Source: an uncultured virus (IMG/VR IMGVR_UViG_3300011475_000006) (Duplodnaviria; Heunggongvirae; Uroviricota; Caudoviricetes). Taken from it: a stretch of 24,624 nt of DNA. The stretch lies in the IMG/VR virus record IMGVR_UViG_3300011475_000006; one strand, 5' to 3'. A program made the translations under genes and the position numbers. The notes under the pieces are model-generated. The model saw nothing but the letters and a program-made list of their open reading frames with translations, did not search any database and was not told where the DNA came from. Shown here one piece after another: positions 1-9,200 of the stretch; positions within the stretch are counted from its first letter, which is position 1, and each line of letters opens with the position of its first letter.

Positions 1-85
1 AGATGTCACTCACAGCTTCATTATTTGAAGCAACGACGTATTTTTCTCAAATAAATCTTGAAATGAGGATTTAAGCTCATGAAAT

Positions 86-346
86 ATGTATAACTACGAT
101 GACGTACAGAAAATCAAGGCCAATCTCGAGTGGATAGTGCATCAAGCCTCTGCACGGACTCATCTACACACTGAGCATGACCAAATAGTCATTTCTGATC
201 TAATGGAACTCATCCAGACATATGAAACGCTTCTGGACCTTGTAAGCCAATTTGGTGCTTCCGTCTTAAATTCGGAAATCATAGCGGGCCTATCAATCAC
301 AGAGGAATTCATTGCTAAAGTTAAGAGGAATGAGGGTGCGATGTGA
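86..346 (+). CDS. Hypothetical protein (cargo gene opposite to late transcription)
   Basis: 86-aa ORF converging on ivy with an intervening hairpin; no family recognised. Confidence 0.55.
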   Translation: MYNYDDVQKIKANLEWIVHQASARTHLHTEHDQIVISDLMELIQTYETLLDLVSQFGASVLNSEIIAGLSITEEFIAKVKRNEGAM

Positions 347-384
347 GCGACAAACACACTGTGAGACGATTGATTCGTGTATTG

Positions 385-418
385 AAGCTTCAAACTGGTG
401 GATTACAGTTTGAAGCTT
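385..418. terminator. 13-bp perfect inverted repeat between convergent genes, probable terminator
   Basis: AAGCTTCAAACTG-N8-CAGTTTGAAGCTT; no strong U-tract. Confidence 0.55.
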
Positions 419-425
419 GGGTTAT

Positions 426-839
426 TTAATTGCCGTACAGCCGATTGAAAAGCGCATTTTTCATCGCATCAGAATCAATCGGATCCAGGTTTAACCAAGT
501 CAATGTCTCACGATTCTTTTCTACATTGAAATCAGAAAACACACCATGGATATCACCGCTATCAGGTGAGTAAAGAACAGCAATATTCTGTTCTGGACAA
601 CTATGAGGTTTACACCCTGACAGGGCAATATACTTTTTCCCTGCAACCGTAACTTCGGTTGATGGCGTGCTTGTGCCACCACTTTTCACCCATGCAGGAA
701 GTTTGCTTTTACTAATAAGCTGGGAGTAGCTTTTAGAGGTACTTTTTGCACTGGCGAAGTCATAAAGATACTGCCCCTCGTCAGCAACAGCACTGAACGA
801 AACCAAAGCCATAGCAGCGAGAATCACTTTACCTTTCAT
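426..839 (-). CDS. ivy: Inhibitor of vertebrate (C-type) lysozyme, Ivy family, with signal peptide
   Basis: GCKPHSC loop matches the Ivy CKPHDC motif; Sec signal MKGKVILAAMALVSFSAVA; GAGGA SD before ATG at 839. Confidence 0.88.
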   Translation of the reverse strand: MKGKVILAAMALVSFSAVADEGQYLYDFASAKSTSKSYSQLISKSKLPAWVKSGGTSTPSTEVTVAGKKYIALSGCKPHSCPEQNIAVLYSPDSGDIHGVFSDFNVEKNRETLTWLNLDPIDSDAMKNALFNRLYGN

Positions 840-1086
840 ATTATTCCTCAATCCATAAAGACACCTCAACTCTATACCTTTGCAGTCGCTATGTCAGCCC
901 TATGGATAATCAGAGCATTTGAAGTTACTGCCCGGCCCAAATGATTAGGTAAGGATTATCTTAATCACTAGCGCTTATGCTTGTTGATTACTGCCTGACT
1001 GCCAGACTGTTCAGGACTCTGATGCGGAGAATGCCAACTCCAGGGAATCATCGATAAAAAGAGCAAGTGAAACTGAGACTCCTTTA

Positions 1087-1112
1087 GCTCTCCTTGCGAG
1101 GGCTTTTTTTTG
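1087..1112 (+). terminator. Rho-independent terminator (+ strand)
   Basis: GCTCTC-CTTGC-GAGGGC followed by T9. Confidence 0.7.
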
Positions 1113-1202
1113 GAATCACCCAACCTATCAGGTTGCGCTTAAAATTTTTGATAATGCTAGTGTCCAAGAGCGAGATAGTGACAGAACCTTACGGATGAGG
1201 CT

Positions 1203-1664
1203 CTATTTCAGACATTGCTCTTTGATATAGTCCTGCAAATATCCGACCTGCTTTGTCACTGTGACGATTCTTTCTCTGAGGGTGAAATAATCCCGTTCAG
1301 CGGAGTCAGTAAGTCTGGGGCAGGAAGCATCGCCCACGCCGCTGGCGCCGGCCGTTCCGTTCGCGGGACATCTGGCGTTGACGTGCAGCCCACACTTACC
1401 AGAGTTAACGCAACGCTGCAGATCTTCAAGCTGAGATTTCGCATCAGCTAATTCCTTCGTGTATTTGGCATCCAGTGCAGCGACATCTCGCTGACGGGTC
1501 TGCATGTCTTTGATGGTGGCGTTCGCCAGGCTGAGTTTCTCAGTGGCTTTATCGCGCTGGTCTTTATAAGCGATGGCGTTGTCGCGGTAGTGGTTAACCG
1601 CCCAGGCCATGAAACCCAGCAGACAGATAAAGACAGCGCAGATGATGGCTGTTAAACGGCTCAT
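1203..1664 (-). CDS. Rz: Rz-like inner-membrane spanin
   Basis: N-terminal TM ([20 protein letters not shown]), coiled coil [18 protein letters not shown]-terminal [13 protein letters not shown] overlap with the endolysin stop. Confidence 0.93.
   Translation of the reverse strand: MSRLTAIICAVFICLLGFMAWAVNHYRDNAIAYKDQRDKATEKLSLANATIKDMQTRQRDVAALDAKYTKELADAKSQLEDLQRCVNSGKCGLHVNARCPANGTAGASGVGDASCPRLTDSAERDYFTLRERIVTVTKQVGYLQDYIKEQCLK
1256..1444 (-). CDS. Rz1: Rz1-like outer-membrane lipoprotein spanin embedded in Rz
   Basis: Lipobox-like LVSVGC, Pro-rich mature region, fully nested in Rz in another frame. Confidence 0.88.
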   Translation of the reverse strand: MRNLSLKICSVALTLVSVGCTSTPDVPRTERPAPAAWAMLPAPDLLTPLNGIISPSEKESSQ

Positions 1665-2155
1665 TTCTGGCCCCACTCGCAAACTTCCCGCTCAATCTCA
1701 CGACGGGTGATCAGCCCCTTCCACTGTTTTCCACCGGCATACGTCCAACGCTGCAGTTCGTTGCATGCACCCGGAATATCACCGGCATTCAGTTTCTTCA
1801 GCAGCGTCGATCTGCTAAACGCTCCAGTTCCCACGTTGTAAGTGAAGGAGTAAAGCGCAGCCTGGGTAGGCTTAGGAATATTAACCTTAATTAGCGGGTC
1901 GATAGCATTTGCCACCTTACGCAGATCTGATTCCAGCAAGGCGTCACATTCCTTATCGGTGTATCGGTGACCGCGGCGAACGTCTGCACCTGTGTGACCG
2001 TCACATACAGTCCAGACGCCGACAACATCCTGATAAGCGTAATACCGACGTCCTTCAAGACCATCTGCATTGCCCAGCATGACAGCAGCAATAGAGATTG
2101 CACCGGTTCCGCCAACAATGGCGCCCACCAGCTTATTCCTAAGTGTCGGGTTCAT
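1661..2155 (-). CDS. SAR endolysin (T4-lysozyme/GH24 family, phage 21 R-like)
   Basis: Gly/Ala-rich N-terminal SAR segment, catalytic E-x8-D-x5-T ([16 protein letters not shown]), [10 protein letters not shown]-terminus; start MNPTL at 2155. Confidence 0.93.
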   Translation of the reverse strand: MNPTLRNKLVGAIVGGTGAISIAAVMLGNADGLEGRRYYAYQDVVGVWTVCDGHTGADVRRGHRYTDKECDALLESDLRKVANAIDPLIKVNIPKPTQAALYSFTYNVGTGAFSRSTLLKKLNAGDIPGACNELQRWTYAGGKQWKGLITRREIEREVCEWGQK

Positions 2156-2357
2156 CTCGGCTCCTGCTGCGGCGGTTGTCTTCACGGATCTTGAAATAGA
2201 GGTTTGTCAGGTACGTCATCACTGCAATGATGATACCCACCAGCACGCCGATAGCGTTCCACTGCTCGGGACTGTAGGCATTCAGCATGCCGTTTAGGAT
2301 GCTACCGGCTGAAGCGCCGTATGCAGCACCGGTGGTTAGTTTGTCCATGCGATACAT
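2139..2357 (-). CDS. Class II pinholin with dual-start motif (phage 21 S-like)
   Basis: [18 protein letters not shown] start (Met1/Met4), two hydrophobic segments, basic C-terminal tail. Confidence 0.92.
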   Translation of the reverse strand: MYRMDKLTTGAAYGASAGSILNGMLNAYSPEQWNAIGVLVGIIIAVMTYLTNLYFKIREDNRRSRSRDEPDT

Positions 2358-2396
2358 ACTCTCACCTCGCTTTGTGCGGGTGCTGAATTTGAGAAT

Positions 2397-2424
2397 AAAA
2401 AAAGCCCGCTCTTTTGAAGCGGGC
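2397..2424 (-). terminator. Rho-independent terminator directly upstream of the holin
   Basis: GCCCGCT-N7-AGCGGGC with T7 on the minus strand. Confidence 0.8.
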
Positions 2425-2575
2425 CAATGAGTTAACTATTTGTAAGGTAGGTGTGAGTGAAACCAATACCTCAGTAGTGAGACTGTATCGACTGATTCAC
2501 ATTAGTATCAGGAGAACCACCGGGCATTCAGTAACTTCTCACGACTTAAAGAGTAGCAGTAGTTTTCCAAGCCAT

Positions 2576-2745
2576 AAAAAAAGGCCTGCGTTTTATGGCA
2601 GGCTCTCAAGGAATTTTAATCTTTTATTGTTGTTGTCATGGTGCCGGGTGCCTCCCGGTGACCCTACCCCAGTCAGCAAGGCCGCGTGCATACCTGCAGA
2701 GCGCAGTTGACTGGAACGCCCTTTCGCTTAGAAAGGATTCACCAC
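2576..2745 (-). ncRNA. Candidate structured sRNA, copy 1 (scaffold + C/A-rich tail + terminator)
   Basis: Promoter upstream, closing stem GUGGUG/CACCAU, conserved CCGGG-AGGCA-CCCGG hairpin, terminator GCCTGC-N8-GCAGGC-C-T7. Confidence 0.65.
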
Positions 2746-2751
2746 ATGCAT

Positions 2752-2781
2752 AAATTACTCATGAAGCATTCACCCGGTCAA
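2752..2781 (-). promoter_or_regulatory. Putative sigma70 promoter for sRNA copy 1
   Basis: TTGACC-N18-TAATTT, with 6 nt to the G that begins the conserved scaffold. Confidence 0.55.
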
Positions 2782-2798
2782 TACTATTCAACATTCGC

Positions 2799-2973
2799 AA
2801 AAAAAAAGCCTGCTCGGACAAGCAGGCATAAATAGCTAAGTTGGCAATAACTGAGGGAGTGGTGCCGGGTGCCTCCCGGTGGAAATGATCACAGCATTCA
2901 TTCCCGCGCGCTGGTTAGACACTCTGGAGAAATGTCCTGCTGAACCGCCCCTCCGCTTAGGGGGATCCACCAC
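2799..2973 (-). ncRNA. Candidate structured sRNA, copy 2 (scaffold + CU-rich tail + terminator)
   Basis: 22-nt identity with copy 1 (2860-2881 vs 2639-2660), covarying stems, terminator GCCTGCT-N6-AGCAGGC-T9. Confidence 0.62.
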
Positions 2974-3063
2974 TAAAACGCTTTCAGAAACATCCATTCT
3001 GCAGGATGCTTAAGAAGCATATGTGCAGTATGAAGAATCTGCCACGTAATCAAATGAATATAT

Positions 3064-3255
3064 TCATTTGAATGGTACAGGAAGAGGGCCTTCAATCACC
3101 TCGGCCTCTCCGTTATCGCAGATGTCGTCACCCTGTGTCAGATGCCAAATACCATTAAAAATAAGTCCCGTCTCAAGGTCTTCAGTAACGCCATTGCTGT
3201 AGTAAGCAACCTGAATCCTGCCGTTGTGCTGAATCCAGTAGTAACCTTCTTGCAT
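3064..3255 (-). CDS. Small prophage hypothetical protein
   Basis: AAGGAG SD, 63 aa MQEGYYWIQHNG..., acidic and aromatic-rich; resembles ORFs commonly found between Q and lysis genes. Confidence 0.7.
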   Translation of the reverse strand: MQEGYYWIQHNGRIQVAYYSNGVTEDLETGLIFNGIWHLTQGDDICDNGEAEVIEGPLPVPFK

Positions 3256-3380
3256 GATCATCTCCTTAACATGATGAGATGAGTATATTGCTGAGTTGAG
3301 ATGAATGGCGTTAGATATACTCAGGATTTATTTCTGTCATGAGGATAGGACTTCCTCATCACTGTTGCCGAACTACTCAG

Positions 3381-3692
3381 TCAGATCTCATTCATCTCAG
3401 ATACTTCAAACTGAAAGACATAGGGATCAGAAAGAAGCTCAAATTGCTCATCGTCTGGATAGGTTACCGCTACGTGGTAATTTTCACCTGCGAAAGCCTT
3501 AATGGATGAGAGATCACGCCAATAAGTTGCCAGAAAGAAATGCTCCCATTCTCCCTGTCGTTCACGCCGTACGTATGCACCTTGGTTGCCATTAACACTT
3601 TTAGAGTGCTTAACTCCCGTTAATTCAAGATGCGCAGCAAACCCATCACCGTGTCGTACTGGTACGCAACCATGCCATGTTCTTACAATCAT
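3381..3692 (-). CDS. Antibiotic biosynthesis monooxygenase (ABM)-like dimeric alpha-beta barrel protein
   Basis: MIVRTWHG start, GNQGAYV and TYWRDLSSIKAFAG motifs; GGAGG SD. Confidence 0.75.
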   Translation of the reverse strand: MIVRTWHGCVPVRHGDGFAAHLELTGVKHSKSVNGNQGAYVRRERQGEWEHFFLATYWRDLSSIKAFAGENYHVAVTYPDDEQFELLSDPYVFQFEVSEMNEI

Positions 3693-3784
3693 ACCCCTCC
3701 ATTAAATGTCTGAAAGTGAATTTATATTCACATTATCATAATATTTAATCTCTTTGGGGGTTTTAAAATGCATTCTGACGTCAT

Positions 3785-3817
3785 AAAAAAGCCCCACGGG
3801 GTTAACCGCAGGGCTTT
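3785..3817 (-). terminator. tR'-like terminator
   Basis: AAAGCCC...GGGCTTT hairpin with T6 on the minus strand, about 55 nt after the pR' start. Confidence 0.8.
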
Positions 3818-3830
3818 AAACGAAGGCAAT

Positions 3831-3875
3831 AACCCATCGTTAGAGCAAAATTACCACAGATTCGGGAAAAGTAAA
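3831..3875 (-). promoter_or_regulatory. Late promoter pR' with sigma70-dependent pause element (qut)
   Basis: TTTACT-N16-TAATTT (with TGn extension), then AACGATGGGTT from 3841, matching the start of the lambda pR' transcript. Confidence 0.85.
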
Positions 3876-3897
3876 TAGTTCACGATAAATTCACGCC

Positions 3898-4731
3898 CTA
3901 TTTTGTAATCTGCTTAAGCTGCGTTTCAGCCCAGGCCTCTTCGATATCAAACTTGGTGATTAGCTGATCGTAAAATGGCTTAACAGATTTCTTCCATGTA
4001 TCGAGGCTGATTGCATCCGTTATCTGACACACCGCGGCGTAAGCCTCAGTTGAAGGAATTCGCTCAAACCCTCGCCCACTGCAGCGCTTGCAATCAGCAA
4101 GTACCGGAACGCCCTGCTGCTCTGTAAGAGCCTGATTCACAGCTTTCCCGCGGCCATGACAATCTTTACAGGCACAACTTACTACCTTCTTACCCTTACA
4201 CTGAGGGCATAGAACGCGCGCTACCTCCCTGACCTGTCTGCGCAACTCATACTCAGAAGGACGAATATGCTCGACGCCCATGTGCAAAGACATCTTCACG
4301 AACTTCTTATCTTTTGTCGGCGTGTGAGACTTCATGCTGAAAACCTCAGCGTCAATAAACCCTTCCCCATTGCAGCCATCGCACTGTTTCACGCTGGCTG
4401 CGCTGCGGGAATAGTCCTCGAACGCGAAGGTGGCCAGCTGATGCATCACCAGTGGTTTAAGCCCGGCGTCCAGTTTGCGCAGCGCAGCAACCCGATCGCA
4501 TTTGGTCAGCGCGTACTGGGCCAATAACTCGATCGCCCTCTCCCGGTCATTGTTGCTGATACCCATCTTCCCGAGAAAGGCGCTATAACCCAATGCTGCC
4601 CGTTCCTGCGTCATGCCCATAGCGGCCATGATATCCGTTCCGGTTAATGAGTCTGACGCCGTAGCGCGCGGAGAGTCACTAATCATTGTCGATTTGGCGA
4701 AGTGATATTTGAGGATATTATCAAGATTCAT
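3898..4731 (-). CDS. Q: Late antitermination protein Q (lambda Q family, extended zinc-finger region)
   Basis: [23 protein letters not shown] closely matches the lambda Q N-terminus; CxxC pairs; lies directly upstream of pR'. Confidence 0.93.
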   Translation of the reverse strand: MNLDNILKYHFAKSTMISDSPRATASDSLTGTDIMAAMGMTQERAALGYSAFLGKMGISNNDRERAIELLAQYALTKCDRVAALRKLDAGLKPLVMHQLATFAFEDYSRSAASVKQCDGCNGEGFIDAEVFSMKSHTPTKDKKFVKMSLHMGVEHIRPSEYELRRQVREVARVLCPQCKGKKVVSCACKDCHGRGKAVNQALTEQQGVPVLADCKRCSGRGFERIPSTEAYAAVCQITDAISLDTWKKSVKPFYDQLITKFDIEEAWAETQLKQITK

Positions 4732-5090
4732 GCGGTCTCCAGCTCGGTAATGGTGAGTTCTAATTTCCCGCCCTTAACGACAGGCATTTTCACAACGCGA
4801 TAGTCGACAACCTGGCAGTCATCCAGCCAGAACCCCGCCTTAGTTAAAGCGTCAAAAGCTGCCTTCTGCAGGTTATCCAGATCACGGCGCCGACGGTCAG
4901 GCATGTGACATTCAATTCGGATTTTGAGTGGTGCAGCCGTTCGGATATTAAGCCGGGCGCTTCGAATGACACTGGCGACCGCATAGCGATACGCGACGCC
5001 ATCAGCGCTAATGTGAGTGCGCCCGCGGTTATGCCGGTAATACCGGTTATTGCTCGGCGGCCAGGGCAAAGTGATTTGATATGTCTTCAT
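4728..5090 (-). CDS. rusA: Holliday junction resolvase RusA
   Basis: [23 protein letters not shown] and DDCQV motifs; 120 aa from MKTYQ. Confidence 0.96.
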   Translation of the reverse strand: MKTYQITLPWPPSNNRYYRHNRGRTHISADGVAYRYAVASVIRSARLNIRTAAPLKIRIECHMPDRRRRDLDNLQKAAFDALTKAGFWLDDCQVVDYRVVKMPVVKGGKLELTITELETA

Positions 5091-5092
5091 GT

Positions 5093-5302
5093 TCACCCCC
5101 ATAACCGGTTTCGCCAGCGGCTATCCGGGCGCGCTGGTGTGTTAGATGTCGGAAGGAATGCACTGACAGTCCAGGTCACGTAATCCGGGTTAAGGCTGCG
5201 CTCAACCCGTACGCCGCGCGCCTTGTAACGCTTAACCAGTTCGTCGGCCTGTTCGGTACTGCAATCGGTGTGGTGGAACCAGGTATATTTCATGTCCATC
5301 AC
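5093..5302 (-). CDS. Conserved nin-region hypothetical protein
   Basis: Tightly packed between DUF1367 and rusA in the same orientation. Confidence 0.7.
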   Translation of the reverse strand: MMDMKYTWFHHTDCSTEQADELVKRYKARGVRVERSLNPDYVTWTVSAFLPTSNTPARPDSRWRNRLWG

Positions 5303-5901
5303 CCCGCAAAGCCAAGCAGCTGCGTGGCGAGGTTTTCGGCCTCGTCACGGCTGCGGAATGAACGGGACAGGACCCAGCGCCAAAGAACATCGAGCGCAGC
5401 TTTATAGAGCTGCTGAAACTCGAGTTCGTCCATGTTTGCGAATGAGATGCTTCGAGGATGCTTTTTGAGTGTTCCGTCAGGCAGCTGAATGGCATCAAAG
5501 TGCCCTGCCTCGACGATTACCCATGAGCGGTAAGCATCAAAGGATTTGCAAAGGCTAATGCCATTTGTGACCCGGCGGTATGCAACCTGCTCAAGGTACT
5601 GCTCAGCAGCATCAATCAGCGCCCCCTCATTACCGCCATAAGAAGCCAGGAACTTGGCGTAGCCGATGATCAGCTTCCGCTCGTTGCTAGAGATAGCCCC
5701 GCCGGTTGGTTCCCAGTATTCAAAACCGAGATTCAGAAGCGAGAAAAAGCGCCGGTGAAATGCCGGGTTTCGTACCCGCCTGAACTCGGCAACAAGAACA
5801 TCACCGAGCCGGGTTCTGGATTGCAGAATATCGCTGGTCTCGGGTGTGGCCGGGATCAGTATTCCTGAGTGGTGTTTGATAAGTTGTAATTCTAGCGCCA
5901 T
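5299..5901 (-). CDS. DUF1367 family nin-region protein
   Basis: RVRNPAFHRRFFSLLNLGFEYWEP and PRSISFANMDELEFQQLY motifs; GGAGAG SD. Confidence 0.8.
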   Translation of the reverse strand: MALELQLIKHHSGILIPATPETSDILQSRTRLGDVLVAEFRRVRNPAFHRRFFSLLNLGFEYWEPTGGAISSNERKLIIGYAKFLASYGGNEGALIDAAEQYLEQVAYRRVTNGISLCKSFDAYRSWVIVEAGHFDAIQLPDGTLKKHPRSISFANMDELEFQQLYKAALDVLWRWVLSRSFRSRDEAENLATQLLGFAG

Positions 5902-5940
5902 GGTTCTCTCCGTGGCGCATCAGGTATAGGGTGTTCAGGC

Positions 5941-6069
5941 CTATGCAAATATGATATCAGAGGGCGGGATAAGCCGATAGCCAAGACCTGTAGCAAACTG
6001 CATAAACCCATCCGGTGTCTAGGTTTGCTCGTCCTTGGGGAGTGTACGCAATAAAATCAGTTTATTGAT
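5941..6069 (-). pseudogene. Possible eroded 3' remnant of a small nin-region gene
   Basis: Minus frame reads INKLILLRTLPKDEQT*TPDGFMQFATGLGYRLIPPSDIIFA* with an in-frame TAG at 6019-6021, at the edge of the AT-rich insert. Confidence 0.3.
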
Positions 6070-6266
6070 GCTTATAGTTCGGATATCTTAACAAGATACT
6101 TAGTCATAAAAATCAAGATATTACCTAATATCTCTCTTATAGTCTTACTTGCATCATTTGTGAACCCAATGTAATCTAGTAGGATTATTCACCAAAAGAT
6201 TCTTAGGAACTTTTAAAACTTTACAAAATTACAACATATCTTATAGCTGAGATATGTGCGGTAGCT

Positions 6267-9200
6267 ATGTTTTATATTAATAGGGACTTAATAGTGAAAA
6301 GAAGAAATAAAATTTCTGTTAAAAACATTAATTTTGGTAAAACCCTAATACCTCCGTTGAGTAGAGCAAGTTTATCTTTTGTAAATCAAGAATCAATTCC
6401 AATCGCACTGACTAAGTTCTTACATTCCAAAAACTATACAAAGATCGAAAATGAACTACCTTTTCTAATAAGATCTAAAAAAGTTAAGGAGTCAATGAAT
6501 GCTTTTACATATGATTTTGAAACAATGGGTTTGAAATCCATCCATGTTGACTTGCCATTCAAAACGTTAATATCACTATACAAAAATATATACGAGAGTG
6601 AAGAAGATAGACTTAAGACCTATGTAAGGTTAAGAGATGAAATAGAAACTGCATTAGCGAATGGTTGTTATGACAAACTTAATGAATTGCTTGATCAAGT
6701 GAAAAATGAGTTGGGTGAGTCGTTGTGGTATGCACGGATAAAACTACTCTCCTTATATCTTAATGGTGAAGCAGGTGAGATGCAGGATTTTTGTACAACA
6801 TTAAAATCCAGAACATCTGATAGCATGTCATTATTCATAATCCACTACTTTATAATTTTAACACAATCAATTGATCCAAGAAGTGTTATTGAGGTTGTAT
6901 TAAACAAACAGTTGAAAGAACTGAGATCAGCCGGCTTAATCGATTATGCGAATCTGACACAAGAGTTTTTAGTTCCTGCGCATATGAAAGAAGTAAAACT
7001 CACACCTTATATGCTCGAATTGTTTCAGAAGGTCAATATAATTGATCAGTATAACTTAATAACTACAAGTCTCATGTCTTTCTTGATAGATGTAAGGAAA
7101 GAATTGGACGCTGATGATAAAACCATATTTAAAGGATTATTTAATGTTCTTCAACGCATCACTAATGACTATAAAATCAACAACTTCCTCAGTTCATCCG
7201 TTCTCGAAACCGAGAGCGAATTAAATATTCATATTGCAAAATCCACTTCATCTAAATATTGTGAAACACCACCCATCAACACTCTTAGAGGGGTCTTTAA
7301 TAAACCCATAAAAAATCTCATCGAAATATATGAACTTTCAAAACGTTCGACACAGTCCTTTGATGAGTTAAGAGCACACATTACACGTCTAAATGGTACT
7401 GAAGCTTGTTTTTGGTTAGAAAGTGAATTAATAAAAGCAGTTCCATATTATATTGCGGAAAGTAAAGCTAAAAATATAGAAATATTAAACTCCATTCTTA
7501 CAAGGAGTGTTGTTCCTGATGAACTGAATAAACTTGCGATTATGGTATCAGCAGACAACTCCTTCTATAAAACAGACGAAATTAATTCGCCCGATTTAAG
7601 TGACTTTTATATAGAACAGGCCAACACTCCCGAATTAAATTTAGGATTTACTAAAAAGTCAATTGAAAATAACATTCAACATTTTATACATGAACAGGAA
7701 CTTGATAAAGCAATAAACTTGGCAGCGAAGGTATTAGTTCATAAAGAAGAAACTTATTTAAGCCTTCCACTTAAGCTGTTGATAAAAAAAGTTGAATCTG
7801 AATTCAAACCAACTTTAGACTATCTTATAGTTAGTCATTTTTATAAAAAATACATATCTTCTAATAAATCCACCCTACATAATGAGTTATTTGAAGAATA
7901 CATCATTGCAAATAATGTAACCAAACCCTCGGAGTTATTTTTAAACAGTACAGCAACCTCGAAAAAATTATATTTTTTCTTCAAAGAAATATGTTCCCTT
8001 GAAACCATGGATTTCCTTTCTGATTTCCAAAATAGTGATGAACTGAGGGCGGAGCGACTTCGACTATTGGATTACCTTTATACAAATGGAACAATTTCTA
8101 AAGATGAATTCTATAAAGAAGCAGATGAAATTGTAAATCAATTTATACTTGACTCTTCAGCAAGTCATTTTCAGATTAGTAAAATCTATGTTGACGAGAT
8201 ATCGCTTAAGAAAAAATTAAATAAAGAGATCTCAACTCTTTTCGAGTCATATAAATATGCCGAGGATTCAAATGAGGATTTAGAGGTAGTGACTCTCGAT
8301 GGCGATGAGAGCGCACCAATCCAAGCCTTCGTTCGTGGGGCCAAAAGTGATATCCTTTTAAAATCAATTGGACTTATGTTAGAAGCATTTCTATATGATG
8401 AAAACCATGGTTTAGACACTAATTTGTCTACAGAAATAAGACATGGTTTCTTTTCAAATTATTTGAGATCTGATCTGGAGTCTCGTCGACTTATCTCTGA
8501 AATAGATGCCGATGGAAACTTTAAGAGCATGACCTATTGGGATGATATGTATATAAACATATTATCTCCAGCTTTCTTAAATGATATAACTGAAGAGTTC
8601 AAAGTTTTCACAAATGGATTCAACGAAGCCATTAGAGAAGCGCAGGCTTGGATGAAGGTTAGTAGCTCACATGAAGATAAAAATGCTTTATTCATCTATA
8701 ACGTATATGTAAATCAATATGACTATTTTAAATTATGGATGGAATACTGTGAGACTGCAGAAGAGTTTATGGATGAAGTATTTTCTATGCTTTGGGAGAT
8801 CACTGATGACATTTTGATACTTATGCGCGAGAAAATAAATGTCGATCTAAAAGGTAAAGTCCAGCAACTATTTTATGACCTATTGAACCGGTTAGATTTA
8901 ATAAAAGGCGGAGCGGTACTTACCGATTTAATGTCAAATATCATCGCTTCTCAGAATAAGACAAGTGAGATAATAAGTGAAATATCTGATTGGTTCAATA
9001 TAAACCAACACAGAGACTTTTCTCAGCAAACTCTTTCTCAGGTCATAAACGTCTCAATAAATTGCTTAGAAAAAATCAAAGGTAAAAACATCAATATAAA
9101 TAAAACTTTCAGCAATGAACTTAATAATTATATGATTGATGGATTCACTGTTAAAAAATTCATCTTGGCTTTGATTAATATTTTTGAGAACAGCATCAAG

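Noticed and set aside
2414..2710. 98-aa + strand ORF
   Set aside because: No SD or recognisable motif; runs antisense through a terminator and the RNA scaffold.
2639..2881. 22-bp direct repeat read as a CRISPR array or tRNA genes
   Set aside because: Only two copies 221 bp apart with a terminator between them, no cas genes, and no TTC T-loop or anticodon arm; better explained as duplicated structured RNA units.
3716..3745. CRP or Fur site upstream of the ABM gene
   Set aside because: The GTGA/TCAC spacing is 8 rather than 6, and the Fur match is weak in AT-rich DNA.
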